From NCBI GenBank assembly GCA_010093605.1, contig MU004189.1, positions 1,929,834 through 1,993,833 on the forward strand: 64,000 nucleotides of DNA, given 5' to 3'. The notes under the pieces were generated by a model. That model did no database searches, was not told where the DNA came from, and saw nothing but the letters and a program-made list of their open reading frames with translations. The stretch comes from Lophium mytilinum (lineage: Eukaryota). Shown piece by piece: positions 50,123 through 63,326 of the stretch. Both the position numbers and the translations under genes were made by a program. Numbering within the stretch: position 1 is the first letter of the stretch; every line of letters starts with the position of its first letter.

Positions 50123-51106
50123 CTAATTGGGCACGAACTGCCACATGTCCCAAGGGCTCCGCTCTTTGAGCCACTGCCAATCCATAACCGAGTGCACCTC
50201 GAAAGGCGCCTGATGCATCCAGTCATGAACCAAAACTCCGACCGGCAAATACAGCCTCGTCCTAGGGAAGTGCTCATTTTCCACCGCCATTTCCCGCAAC
50301 AAATCAAGTCCTTTCTCTTCCCTCGCCGCACGAAGTCCCTGATAGCAATGGACCCTGATTTCCAGCTCACGTAAACCTGGTAACAACGGCAGCATATCCT
50401 GAATACTCTTCCAGCCATCCTTCGGCGCCCCCAACGAGGGCAACTTCAGATCAAGATGAAAAGCCCGCACGTCATCACGGCTCTGCGGGGTAAGCCCATC
50501 CACGAACCGCTCCAAGGTGTAAGGCGACCGGAAACTGAAAATGTTCGACGAGTAGAGGAATTCAATGGATTCGGCGTACACTTCTCGGCAAGTGCGCAGC
50601 AGCTGCGGCGACACCCGGTCGCCGCCCCAATCGTACTTCGCGGTGTCGCAGTTCCAGTCGCGCTGCCAGGAACTCATCCCGCGCTCCGGGTACGTGGCGG
50701 CGCCGGGGCAGGACGCGCAGATGCAGCGGGTATGGCGCACAATCTGATTCCCATGTCTGAGGACGATGTGGACGTTTGAACATCCAAGAACTAGTTCGTA
50801 TATTTCTTGGCGGAGCTCGATTGGGAGGCGGAAGAAGGGGGATTGGGGCTGGGGAGATGGCTCTTTGGATAATAGAGACGTTGAAGCGTGTGGTGGGATA
50901 GAGACTTGGTTCCTTCCATCGGTTCTTGGTCTGTTTGGGGACTCATTGTTTTCACTACCAGAAAATAGCCGCCGGAGTGGATTGACGGTTTTGCGGGCCA
51001 CCTTTCGGTAAGAGGATATCTGGAGATCGACGGGAGCCATCCCGCCGATGCCTGGGTGCTGCCTTTCATAGTTCCGGCGGGCCTCAATTGAGTGATCGAG
51101 CCGCAT
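50123..51106 (-). CDS. Fungal hypothetical protein of the F-box-like (DUF7730-type) family
   Basis: Single 327-aa ORF with the family hallmarks QSPFFRLPIELRQEIYELVLG and LLRTCREVYAESIEFLYSSNIFSF. Confidence 0.75.
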   Translation of the reverse strand: MRLDHSIEARRNYERQHPGIGGMAPVDLQISSYRKVARKTVNPLRRLFSGSENNESPNRPRTDGRNQVSIPPHASTSLLSKEPSPQPQSPFFRLPIELRQEIYELVLGCSNVHIVLRHGNQIVRHTRCICASCPGAATYPERGMSSWQRDWNCDTAKYDWGGDRVSPQLLRTCREVYAESIEFLYSSNIFSFRSPYTLERFVDGLTPQSRDDVRAFHLDLKLPSLGAPKDGWKSIQDMLPLLPGLRELEIRVHCYQGLRAAREEKGLDLLREMAVENEHFPRTRLYLPVGVLVHDWMHQAPFEVHSVMDWQWLKERSPWDMWQFVPN

Positions 51107-51532
51107 TGCTCTTGAGGAAGGAAAATGATGGTTGAGTTGAAGATGGCAAAGGGCAGGTATAGTCCGTAGGGCGGAGAGCGTGCATAATATAAGGTACGAG
51201 CGAGGCGGAGTAGGGAGGCTCGCTGGAGCTCTAGCCTCAACCGTGACGCCTTGCTGCCTTACGTGAGCAAGGGTGGTCGGAGAATACGAATCAGCCCCGA
51301 TTTTGTACGATTGAATTATGTAAGCAAAGATCGAGTCACGGGCAGTTCTGATATGATCTCCAGGGTGCAGTTACTTATTAACATCAGGGTAATGGAGATT
51401 ACGAGTATTGATTGTTTGCTATGTACAGCTTCTCTCGCGGGTACTCTTTGCACTAATTGTAAGAGAATTCAATCAGGGTCTGTAGCCTGCAAGGGCTTCA
51501 TGAGACAGACACGCGACGCTACGGGGAAGTCC

Positions 51533-52845
51533 TCACGGCTTTGAAAATTGGTCGAAGAACTTCATGATAATCTCGCTCGCCTGGATATGAGTAGGACCCT
51601 CTCCAACAGAAATCTGTGAAAAGTTGATTTCGGTGGAAGCCCAGCAGTGACCTGAAAGCAGTGCATGTTAGCTACACATGCTTTCTGGAATGAGGGCTTG
51701 AGAACACGTACCCATGTCGTCGACTTTCCAGTGCTGCAAAGCCTCGAGGCCGTCGCACGTTAAGGTAATATGATGCACATCGCCGTGGAAGCTATCATCC
51801 TGTTTCTGGCTTGTGCATGCATTCCGTTTAGCCCACCAAGTCAACCTAGGTCTCATTAGCATTGCCAGCGCAGATTTGTTTGATGTGGCACAATCTGAGG
51901 AACGATCGAAGGGTGGTGTATTTTTGAAGATACTCACCAATCAAGAATTGCTGGTTCATCTCCACCTTCACCTTCCCCGCCATCGTAGTGAACGCTTTTG
52001 TCGCTACCACCATGGATCTCCAGGAGGGGAAGCGGGCTTCTCGCGGGTTTGCATTCATCGTGGTGTTTATTGTTGTCAGTGTAGTAAGACCCTGACGCTG
52101 GAGCGAAAGCGGCAAATTCTCCTCCAATCTCGTTGCAGGCAATAGTATTAACAAAGCCACCGCCGTTGGACATACTTCATTCGGTTAGTCTAGGAGCAAA
52201 GGTAATGAAAGAACACCGTCGGTATAAACGTTGAATGGCCAAGACTTACCCAGTCGCATAAATTCGGTCGTTGTCAATGCAGTAGTCACCCCTGATTTCG
52301 TCAAGTAGGTCGGCTACAAACTGCAAGTCTTCTACCACAGAGACCTTGGAGTAGTTGGCTCCAGCCCATGCGCCCTGGTCTCATTAACACGTGCTTGTCG
52401 AGTGTCATAGCATATGTGCAAAGCGTGACGTACCCCGATACCGTCTGGATAAACCATGATCTTCTAGAGCATCGTTGATGATTAGCAGTGTTCTTCCTCT
52501 CCTCAGGAAAGGAGCGGCAAAGCTTCTTACATCGCCACTGAACCGAGGCTCGCTCATCTTGGTATCTGCCTCAAAGAACAGGCCCACGCTATCAGATCCA
52601 TGAAAGCCTATGACGAGAGGGTATGGTTTCGCTTTGTGGTAATCGACTGGTAGATGGATCGAGTACTTCCGATCGCGGCTACTGCTCTTCAAGTCGTGAT
52701 ATTGTGTGATGCCATTGAAGTAATGAGTTTTCCCGCATCCCTTCGTTCCCGATGCTGTTGCTACGCGCTGTGGGGTAGTTGCCGGCCATGCATGAGCAGC
52801 TGCGGCTATGCAGGTTACGGCGATGGCGGCAAGGCTGAGGCGCAT
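51533..52845 (-). CDS. Secreted carbohydrate esterase family 1 (feruloyl esterase C / PHB-depolymerase-like alpha/beta hydrolase)
   Basis: Signal peptide MRLSLAAIAVTCIAAAAHA; GCGK; RKYSIHLP..YPLVIGFHG; YCIDNDRIYATG / MSNGGGF (GxSxG); EIHGGSD; GHCW; IMKFF; several introns. Confidence 0.88.
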
Positions 52846-54975
52846 GATGATACGGGCTGATAGCACACTTTACAATGTTAAGGATGTCGTGTCAGGATGT
52901 TAGGAGGCATGAGGGTCAGTCTTGCACAGTAAAAGGAGAAACTCGCTCTTCACCTCCAAGAGCACTCGAGGCAGGCACGGCCTTGGGAGACTCTCATCCT
53001 CCCGTGCCTCTATGCTTGAGAGGGAGTGGCAAATCCTCGCCTAAAGAGGCATGTCGGGAGCAGTAAATTGATTCGGTGGTTGCACTTGAAAGGGGCGACA
53101 GATCCGAAACGCCATTGGCGGCCATTTAATGAGGTCTGCGTCGTCCACCGCCATGTGTGGTTTGACTGGCCTGCATTATAGTGCGTAGACGCGGCCTAGG
53201 CCTCTGTAAACATGTTATTTCTGCGTGTTCAATGCAAGACGGAGGAGTTTTGGAGACAGAATGCGAGGAGGACACATGGATGCTAAGCGCCCTAATTATG
53301 TAACATTTCCCAGCACCACTCGGGACTGATTTATCGGGTGCGAAATAGCGTAGAATCCTTAGCACATTTTTCTTAGCGTTCCTTACTAAACTTTATATAA
53401 GGATTATAGGGAGCACTATCTATTTAAATGTTAGCCTTTTAATATCCCCCTAATAATAATAAGTAAGGTTTCTTACCTATACTATATAGTTACTTACTAA
53501 TATTTTCTTAGTATTTTAGTACCCCTACTAACTACCTATACTAATAGAAGATATATTTTCTTTATATCTAGTAACGCGCCTACTAATACCCCCCCTATTT
53601 AAATAAGCCTAAGAACTACTACTATAGTAAGTATAGTAACGGGTAGTAGAAAGTCTACTACTCTAAAGGTAGCGTATAAGCCTTTAAAGCTAAAGGCTAC
53701 TATACTAAAGAAAATACTACCTCTAGTATATATATAGATACCTTTTATAAAGGCTAGAGTATTAGTATAGTAGAATAAGTTACTAGATATACTAAGTAGC
53801 TCTTTAAGAGTTAAGAGGGGGCCTATAAAGATAGCTATAAGTAGTAAGAAAAGCTCTAAAAAGGTAGCTATAAGTAGTAAAAAGAGCCCTAAAAAGGGCT
53901 CTAAGAAGGTAGATCTAATAGCTATTAGTTCTAGTAGTATTAAGAGTACTACTAGTACTAGTAGTACTATCTAGTACTATATTAAAAAGAAGAAAGAGAA
54001 GAAAAAAAAGATTAATAACTTTTTAGTTACTCTATTCTATATTCTCTATATTAATAGAAAGAAGGTTAGTAATAAATAACTAGAGAACTCTATATACTTT
54101 ACTCTTAATATAAAGAATCTAAAGTTTAAGCTAAATATAATAGTATTAATAGCGCAGGTTAATAGTAACTATAAGAAGAAGTATAAGATTATCTAGTATA
54201 CTACTATTATTTATATAATAAAGGGGACTAGAGGCTTTCTTAGCTATAATATAGCTAACTTTTTACTCTTAGAGTTCTAGCGGGTATTCTATATACTTAA
54301 TTTAAAGTAGAAAGACTATCTAAAGGCTACTATTTCTACTATATTTAAGTATAAGTTAATTTATAAGCCCCTGCCACCACTATTAAAGAAGAGAAAGAAA
54401 GTAGAGGTACTATTATTCTTACTAGCTAGTACGCTATCTATAGATAGGTTCTATACTAGGTATTATAGTAATTATAGCGGAAAGCTATTAAAGTAGTAGG
54501 TAGTCTATTTAGAGTTACTTTTAGTATCTAGCTACTAGTAAGTTAGTATAATATTAGTATATAAGTATACTAATAATACCTATACTAATATAGGTAACCT
54601 ATACTTTATTAATAATAATAAGTAGTACTATATAATACTCTTTAAATACTATAAGTTATAGATAGATATAATTACTTAGAGGAATACTATAATCTCTTAG
54701 CTATCTAATAAGATATATAAGAACCTTATAAGAGAGGGTCTAGTTAAAAGTAACTACTAGCGCACTATAAAGTTAACTTAGGTATAAAAGTCTAAAAATA
54801 AGATAGCTAGAATATTTAATATAATAGAGCACTTAATAAAGCTCTAGATATAGTAGAAAGATATAGAGATAGTAGATTAGATAGTATTATAAAGCGCTTC
54901 TTCTTAAAGCGCTTTTTCTTCTTCTTCTTTTTTTTTTATTTAGCCTTAGTATAGCCTTTCTCTATAGGCTCTATA

Positions 54976-55197
54976 TATTATAGCATAAACCTAGAATTAT
55001 AGTAATTATATACTAAGATTACATGTAGCCCCTTATATAACCTAAGTAAGACGCTAGCCCGAGGCGCTAGGCCGCGGCCTATACGCTGGCGTTAAACTAT
55101 AACCTCTTAAGAGCTCCTAGCTCTCTCTCTTCTTCTTAGCTTAGATTTTTATAATAGTTAATATACCTTATTACTTATATTATATTAGCCCCCTATA
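54976..55197 (+). repeat. 5' LTR (222 bp)
   Basis: Ungapped alignment to 62488-62709 with 10 differences counted by eye, all transitions. Confidence 0.93.
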
Positions 55198-58100
55198 TAA
55201 TCTAAGCTTACTCTTCTATACTTAGAATCTTATTAATTTTTTCTAGAACTCTATTATAAGATCTAGGCGTTTTTACTAAAATAACTTAAATACTAGCCAG
55301 CCTAGCTGTATAGCTACGCGCGGCACCTAAATCTAACCTAGTAGATAATCTAGCACCGCCTCCTTTAAATAAGCTAGTTAATCTAATAGCTAGGCTTTAA
55401 GATAATTTAAAGACTCTAGGCGCTATAAGTAGCGCTAACCTAAATACTTTAGAATATACTTCTATAACTCTATTAACCGCTAGCAATAAGAAAGCGCGCT
55501 GCACTACTTAACTTGCGCGCTTTTAAGGTATAGTAAAAGGCTCCTCTATTCTAGCTATTATTTCTAGCTTCTAGTATAGAACTAGAGGACTAATTTTAAA
55601 TATCTAAGAAGAAACCTAAGCCTTCTTATAGACTATAGATAATACTTAGCGCGCTAACACCTAGCGTGCTAATGCCTAGCGCGCTAATACCTAGCGCCCT
55701 AAACGCTTAGTAGATAATTAAGTTAATACTACTAGAACCTTAAACTAAAACATTACTAATAAGCTTAACCTAGACTATAACTCTAATAATAAAGGCAGCT
55801 TTATAACGCCTAGCGCTAATATATTAGGTAAGCGCACTATCTAATTTATTATAGAAGATAATATATATAAGCCTCTAATATAAAAAGATAGTAAGCTGCA
55901 CCCTATACATTACTAAGTATTTATAGTAGACTAATAAGCCTCTATCTTAGTTATATATTATAAGACTAAATAGATTCTAGATACTAAACCTAAGTATATA
56001 GATATTCTAGAGAAACTATAAGAAACTAATCTATAGCGCTATATATAGCTACTAGTCTAGCTTCTTAACTATTATAGTAATAGTACTATAACTATTAATA
56101 CTATAGTTACTAATAAGACTAAGTTTACTATAGCAGTAAATAAGAATAACCTAGTATAGTAGAAATTCTTCTAGAAGCTCTATATAGAGTATAAAGTAGG
56201 CTTTAAAGAAGCTAATAATAAAGATAAGCTCTATAATAAACTTTAGAATAAATACTAAAAGTATAAATAGAATACTGCTAATAATACTACTATAGTAGAA
56301 TAAGAACTAAAGGCCTATTATACTAAGTAGCTCTAGCAAGTTATAATTAGTTAATAGGCTAACCTTAAGCTTAACTAGATGCGCCTACGCTATAATTACT
56401 AGTGTAGTAAGTACTAGACCCTTAAAGAGATATATAAGAAGCTTACTACTTATATTAAGAAGCTTAAATAATAGCTTTATTAGTAGAGCCTATAGCCCTT
56501 AAACCCTAATTATAACTCTAATAATAATAATAGTACTTATTCTCCTACGCCTATAGTTCTACTTTGCTATTATTCTATTAGCTAGCCCCTGCAGTTTAAA
56601 CCTATTAAGAGTAAGTCCGCCACTCTATTTACGCCTATTTAGAATCTTAGCGCATATATAGTAATATCTTATTACCCTAATCTAGATAAGTTTAGTAGTA
56701 GTAATAAGAATAAGCTATTCTACTAGTAATAGCGCATATAGATACTTAGTAAGCTAGATATCTACGCACTACTATACGCTACCGCGCATTATTATATAAT
56801 ATATATTTATAATAGGCTTAAGAGAAAAGCCTTTAATATAATCTTCTATTGCGCTAAACCTAATAGTAATAAGCTATACCTCTCTATAGAAAAACTAATT
56901 AATAATCTAGATAAGGTCTATAGACCTTTTAATAAGGCGGCTAATATATATACTAATTTATATAATAGTAAGTTTATATAAAAGAAAGATAAGCGGGTTA
57001 TAACTTAGGTAGGGCGCTTTAATACTAGTATAGCTTTCCTCTACTTTAAAGACCCTAAGAAGATCTACTATATATAATATAATCTTGCTAATAGCCTTAA
57101 GTATAAGGTAGCTAATAGATAAGATACTAATATAATAACCTTTATTACGTTTCTATAAACCTTAGAATTCTAGCTTAATATTATTAAGCTAAATAGGGAT
57201 AACTATAAGAATAAGAATAAGAACGCCCCTAAGTCTACGCGTAATACCTATAAAGCTACCGGTGCTAGATCTACCTCTACTATACCTCGCCGCCTGCTAC
57301 TTACTAACGCGGAGCATATATCTAAAAATAATACTAGTAACGCTACTTTAAGTACTAGTGTAAATAACTTACTAGGGCCTTTTAGTTATAATTACCGCAC
57401 TATTACTTATCTTAAGTAGCTAGGTTACTACTAGAACTATCTTAAATATAGATATATAGCTAATAGCAACGCCCTATATATTAGCTAATAGCTAGTTCTA
57501 ATCTATAAGGTTAGCGGCCTTATAAATAAGATTAGCCTCACTAGTATTAACATTAATATTAGCGCTATAAATACTAGCTCTACCTATAATAAGATAATAG
57601 AAAATACTTAGTTTTTAGTAATAGTTACTACTAAGAACCCCTAATAGTCTTTAATAATAAGAAACTAAAAGCAATTATAGATAGAATTGCTATTTTAGAA
57701 TAAGAAATTAAGCTAGTTATAGTATATATATCTACTCTTATACTCTAGCTAGTTAATAGTAAATAATTTAGCTTTTTAGGTAGCATCCTCTAATCTAATT
57801 TATTTACTACTAAAATTCTTTCTAATATAGAATTAGGCTCTTAATTTCTTTATTTAAAGACCGCGCGCCTTTATAAGATACCTACTTAACTCTTTTTATA
57901 ACCTGTTATTCTTAAGCTTATAAATAGTAAGCCCTCTATTATATTAGACCGCGCTATAGATATTACCTTCTATATAGGTAACTACTATAATATAGTTACT
58001 TACTATATTACTAATACTAGATAATATAATATAATTTTAGATATACTCTAGCTATAGCTTTATAACCCTACTATTAGCTTTAGAAAGATACAACTTATCT

Positions 58101-61100
58101 TCTAATCTAACTACTATATATCTAACTACCTATAGTATAGTAGGCTAGTTATTATAAAGAGCCTTATCTATTTAAAATATATTAAAATTAAACTATACTA
58201 GAACCTAGGCGATTTCTATAGCTCTTAATATAACCCTAACTCTAACCCTAACTCTAACTCTAACCCTAATTCTAACCTTAGCCCTATTATTAAAGGGCCT
58301 AATAATACTAAAGACTCCCCTTAGCTTAACTATAATAGGAAACCTCTTCCTTCTAAACTAGTTCTACCGGATAAACTACCTAAATATAATATTTAGTTTA
58401 TCTCTATATACGCCTGTTCTACTATAGTAAAATAAGATAAGAACGCGGTAATAACTATTACTTTATAAGACTTTAAGTAATTAGACTAACTAGATAAAAT
58501 AGATAAGTAATACGCCTACGGGCGCTAGATAGTAAACCTTATAGGCGTTACTATAGAAGATTACTATTAATTTAAGAAGAAGATAACTAAATTACCTTAT
58601 ACTAAAGATTAGCTATAGTAGAAAGTTCTACTTTTCTTCTATTAGATTCTAGACGCTTTTAATCTATAAGCAGCTAATAAACTACTACTATATAGGCATA
58701 GTATAGACTATACTATTAACTTTAAGAATCTAAATATAAAACCCCCTATTCTGCGCTAATATAGCCTCTCTTATAATAAGCTATATACTATTAAAGCCTA
58801 TATTAATAAAATACTTAGAAAGAGCTTTATTTACCCTAGCACATTACTATTTACGGCGCCCGTTATTATTATCTATAAGCTAGGTAAAGAACTCTATATC
58901 TATATTAATTACTACTTACTAAATAAAATTATAATTAAGAATAGAAATATATCTTTTTTCTTATATAATATAATTATACAGCTTTATAAAGCTAAGATAT
59001 ACTCTATCTTTAATATTATTACCGCATTTAATAATATCCGCGTTAAGAATAGTAACTAGTATAAAATAGCCTTCCGCACTTAATACAGCGTCTTTAAATT
59101 TAATATTATGCCCTTTAGCCTATATAATGCTCCCGGTATATTTTAATTATTTATTAATTCTATACTATATCTATACCTAGATATCTACTATATAGCTTAT
59201 ATAGATAACGTTCTTATCTATAATAATAATAAAGAAGATTATAAAAAGAACTATATAAACGTTCTTATAGTACTATATAATATAGGACTCTTTCTTAATA
59301 TTAATAAGTGTTATTTCTTAGTTAAATGCGTAAAGTATCTTAGACTTATTATTACGCCTAATAGCATAGAAATAGACCTAACTAAGGTTAGCGCTATTTA
59401 AGACTAGAAGCTGCCCCGTAATATTAAGAATATTTAATTATTCCTTAGCTTTTATAATTTCTATTAGTAATTTATTACTAGTTATTTATAGATTGCCGCC
59501 CTACTAACTAAGCTTACTAAGAAAATAATAGAATAAGGTAACTTTCCCTTACTTACTAATAGTCTAGTAGTATAAGCCTTTAAGAAGCTTAAAGCCTTAT
59601 TTCTATCTATACTAGTTCTAGCCTACTTTAATCTAGATCTAGACTATATACTAGAGACTAACACCTTAAATTATATTATAGCCGCAATCCTCTCTTAATA
59701 AGGCCCGGATAGAATCCTCCGCCCTATTGCCTTTCTATCTAAGAAGATAACTCTAGCGGAATACAACTATAAGATATATAATAAAGAGTTACTTACTATT
59801 ATCCGCGCCTTTAAAGAATAGCGCCCTAAACTTACTAGTATTATTAACCCTATACTTATATAAATAGACTATAAAAACCTAGAATACTTTATATCTTCTA
59901 AATAGTTAAATTGCTAATAAGCCCGTTAGGCTAAATATCTTTCTTAATTTAACTTTATTCTAAACTAGCAACTAGGCAAGCAGTTAACTAAGCCTAATAG
60001 CCTTACTTATAGGCCTAGCAATATTCTAGATAATCTAAATAACTCTAGAACTATGTATTAAATATAGATAGTATTAAAGAAGAGAAACCTACTAGAAAAA
60101 ATATACTAAGCTCTATAGCTTGCTAGCATGCTCCTTAATAAATAGAAAGTATCTATTATCTAGCTTACTAAGCTAATATATAAAGTTATAGAGTAACACC
60201 CTATAAATATTCTATATATTATTCTAGTAGCTAATAGAATAAGAGAAATAAAGAAACACTTAACTAAGATTGCAGCTAATTATAGTAAGTTAGATAAAGA
60301 TCTATAGAATACTACCCCTAATATTATTATATCTACTATGCCTTAACCTACGCCTACGCCTACAGCTACTAATAATCTATCTAGTAAAGGAGCGCCGGAA
60401 GTATCTAAACCTAGTAATAAGTTAGATAAGGACTTACTAGGGAACTATACTAATAACGCTACTATCTAGTAGATTAATTAAGCCTATATAGAGGATAACA
60501 TCCTCTAGCATATTATATATACTAAGAAAACTAGTAAATAATATATTCTACTTAAACTTATTTAGAAATAAGGTATTAAAATTAAGCTTAGTAATTATAA
60601 AATCTATAAAAATAGACTATTTATTAACAGCCGCCTATATATTCTATATAACGTAAAGCTCTATACGCAATTAATTAAGGAAGCCTATAACTCTCTCCTA
60701 AAAGGCTACGCTAGAAGAAACTCCCTCTACTATTGCCTCTTCTTCTAGTACTACTAGCTAGGTATTATAAACTCTATTACTATATATATTAACGCCTATT
60801 TAATATATAGATATACTAAGGTCTATAAAAATAGTAAATATAGCTTACTTAAGCTACTACCTATTCTAAATTAATACTAGATAGATATCTCTATTAACTT
60901 TATTACTAAGCTACCCTCTTATACTATTAAGGGCTATACATACTAATATATTATAGTAGTTATTAACTAACTATCTAAAAAGCGTAAGTTTATCCCCCTA
61001 GACTCTATAGAGCTAGAGAATATTACGTAAGCCTTTATTAACTAGATCTAGCGTAAGGAAGGCTATCTAGACTATATTATATCTAACTATAGCGCGTAGT

Positions 61101-62487
61101 TTATATTCTTCTTTTAGAAGCACCTCTATAAGTATATAGAAATATACTTAAAGCTATCTACTATAGCCTATCTAGAAATAGATAGATAAACTAAAATTAT
61201 TAATATAGGTTTAAAGTAATACCTACGCGCGTATATCTACTACCTATAGAATAACTAGGTAAATCTAATTATATTTACTAAATTTAAGGCTAACACTAAT
61301 ATTAATTAGTCTACTAGCGTGTTACTATTTAAAGCTACTAAGGGCTATACACCCTATAGTAGCTTAGAGCCGTTATTTTAAGATATTATTATTCTAGGCC
61401 CTAAGCGCTAAGGAGTTAACGCAGCTAAGAAACTTATTACGCGTATTTATAATCTATAAGAGTTCCTTAAAGAAGAACTCTATTAGAATTAGTCTAAGAT
61501 AAAGGAGCTAGCTAATTAAAATTAGCTGCCCGCCTTTAAGTTTAAAGTTAATAATATAGTTATACTAAATACTAAGAATATTTATACTATATAACTAAGT
61601 AAGTCCCTTAACTATAAGAACCTTAGTCCCTTCTATATAATATAAGTTATTAATAATATAGCCTATAAGCTAGAACTTTCTAAGTCTATAAAGGGAATCT
61701 TTCTAGTATTCTACCCCTAGCTACTTTATTAAATTAATAAGACGCCTCTTCTAGAATAATATCTAGAACCCCTACCTACGCTTAAGATAGAAGAAGATAG
61801 CTTTATAGGTTAGTTCTATATTAATAAAGTCCTTAACTTCTAGTTTAATAGCCGCTAACTAAATCTATATATAGGTAAGAAGCCTTACTTAGTCTATAAG
61901 ATAGCCTAGACTAGATATAATAATACCTAGCCTAAATAGAAGCCCTATTAGAACGCTAATAGATGTAATAAACTCCTTATAGAATACTACGCAAAATATA
62001 GTCTTAAAGTAGAACCTTATCTAATATTTAGCACGTCTAAATAGAAGGTCGCGAAAATAATAGGTAAAAGTATAAGCGCTACTACAGCAATAGTAGGCCT
62101 ATAGAATATTCTTAGCACTAGCCTAAGTAAGTATAAATAGTAACCTTATTAGGTAGCTAAGTTATCTTATAAGAAGGCTATTCTATATAGGTAACCTAAA
62201 GTAGAACTCTAATAGGTAGAAGCTAATAATAAGCCTTAGGTTAATTTATATAGCCCGCTTATAGCGCTTAAGAATAAATATAAGAATAAATATAAGAATA
62301 AAAATAATAGAAATAATAGAAATAATAGAGATAATAGAAATAATAGATATAGTAAGACTATAGATAATAGTAAGTATATATATAGTAAGGCTGCATAAGT
62401 AGCTTAATAGAAACGGGATAGAAAGAATAGAGAAGCTATAATATATTATAAGCCTTATAGAACTTTAGCTTTTAAAGAGGGGGGTAG

Positions 62488-62709
62488 TATTATAGTATAA
62501 ACCTAGAATTATAGTAATTATATACTAAGGTTATATGCAGCCCCTTATATAACCTAAGTAAAACGCTAGCCTAAGGCGCTAGGCCGCGGCCTATACACCG
62601 GCGTTAAACTATAACCTCTTAAGAGCTCCTAGCTCTCTCTCTCCTTCTTAGCTTAGATTTTTATAATAGTTAATATACCTTATTACTTATATTATATTAG
62701 CCCCCTATA
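62488..62709 (+). repeat. 3' LTR (222 bp)
   Basis: Follows the polypurine tract, matches the 5' LTR and is followed by the CTATA TSD. Confidence 0.93.
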
Positions 62710-63326
62710 CTATAGATATATATATAGCTCTTCTTCTCTCTACTACTTAGGCTATAGAGTTATTACTAGCCTATATTTATATTTTAGCCTTTAATACTAC
62801 TATAGCTATAGTATACTCTTTTCTCTAGCTAACTATTACTAGCGTACTATTCTTATAGCTTAAGCCTAGTATATATAGAGAAAGACGCTAATATACTTAA
62901 GTTCTTCTTCTTCTAGAAGGTTAGAGTAATTATAAATGCGGGTATAAAGTAGTAGTAGTAGTATACTATATAAGTTATTATTAATTAGATATAGAATATT
63001 AATTTTCTTTAGTAGATATAGAATAGATTCTTAAAGATATACTATATAGCTCTAGCTCTAGAGCTATTAAATAGAATAGTAATATAGTTTATAAGAGAGC
63101 TATATAACTTTAAGAATCTATATAGATAGAAGAAGGCCGTGTTAAAGGCACTAACTATACTAGAAGAAGGCGGAGTAGATTAGAACGGGCGTAGAATATA
63201 TAAAGGAGTTAGAATGCAGTTAGATATTAAATAGCTAGTTAAATAGAGTAATTAGTATTATTCTATATTATTATAGTTTTATATATATTATATATAGCCT
63301 ATATAGCCTTACTATTTAATATATAG

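Larger units (their letters stand above)
54976..62709 (+). mobile_element. Full-length RIP-inactivated Ty3/Gypsy LTR retrotransposon (probably a chromovirus)
   Basis: LTRs 54976-55197 and 62488-62709; TSD CTATA at 54971-54975 and 62710-62714; PPT AAAGAGGGGGGTAG just before the 3' LTR. RIPed motifs: RT MPFSLYNAPG (near 59110) and AYIDNVLIY (near 59195), RNase [20 protein letters not shown] (near 59760), integrase ISINFITKLP (near 60890), NLSPF and VFYP*LL (61620-61730); domain order RT-RH-IN. Confidence 0.93.

Noticed and set aside
55647..55710. 15-bp tandem repeats (tagcgcgctaa.acc) that could look like a regulatory or CRISPR-like array
   Set aside because: No unique spacers, eukaryotic context, and they sit in the gag region as a RIPed peptide repeat
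58229..58280. Telomere-like (TAACCC/TAACTC)n run
   Set aside because: It lies inside the Gypsy pol region and is best explained as a RIPed Asp-Pro/Asp-Ser codon repeat (GACCCT/GACTCT to AACCCT/AACTCT), not a telomere
62268..62350. 9-12-bp AT-rich tandem repeats
   Set aside because: Low-complexity tract in the retrotransposon 3' region
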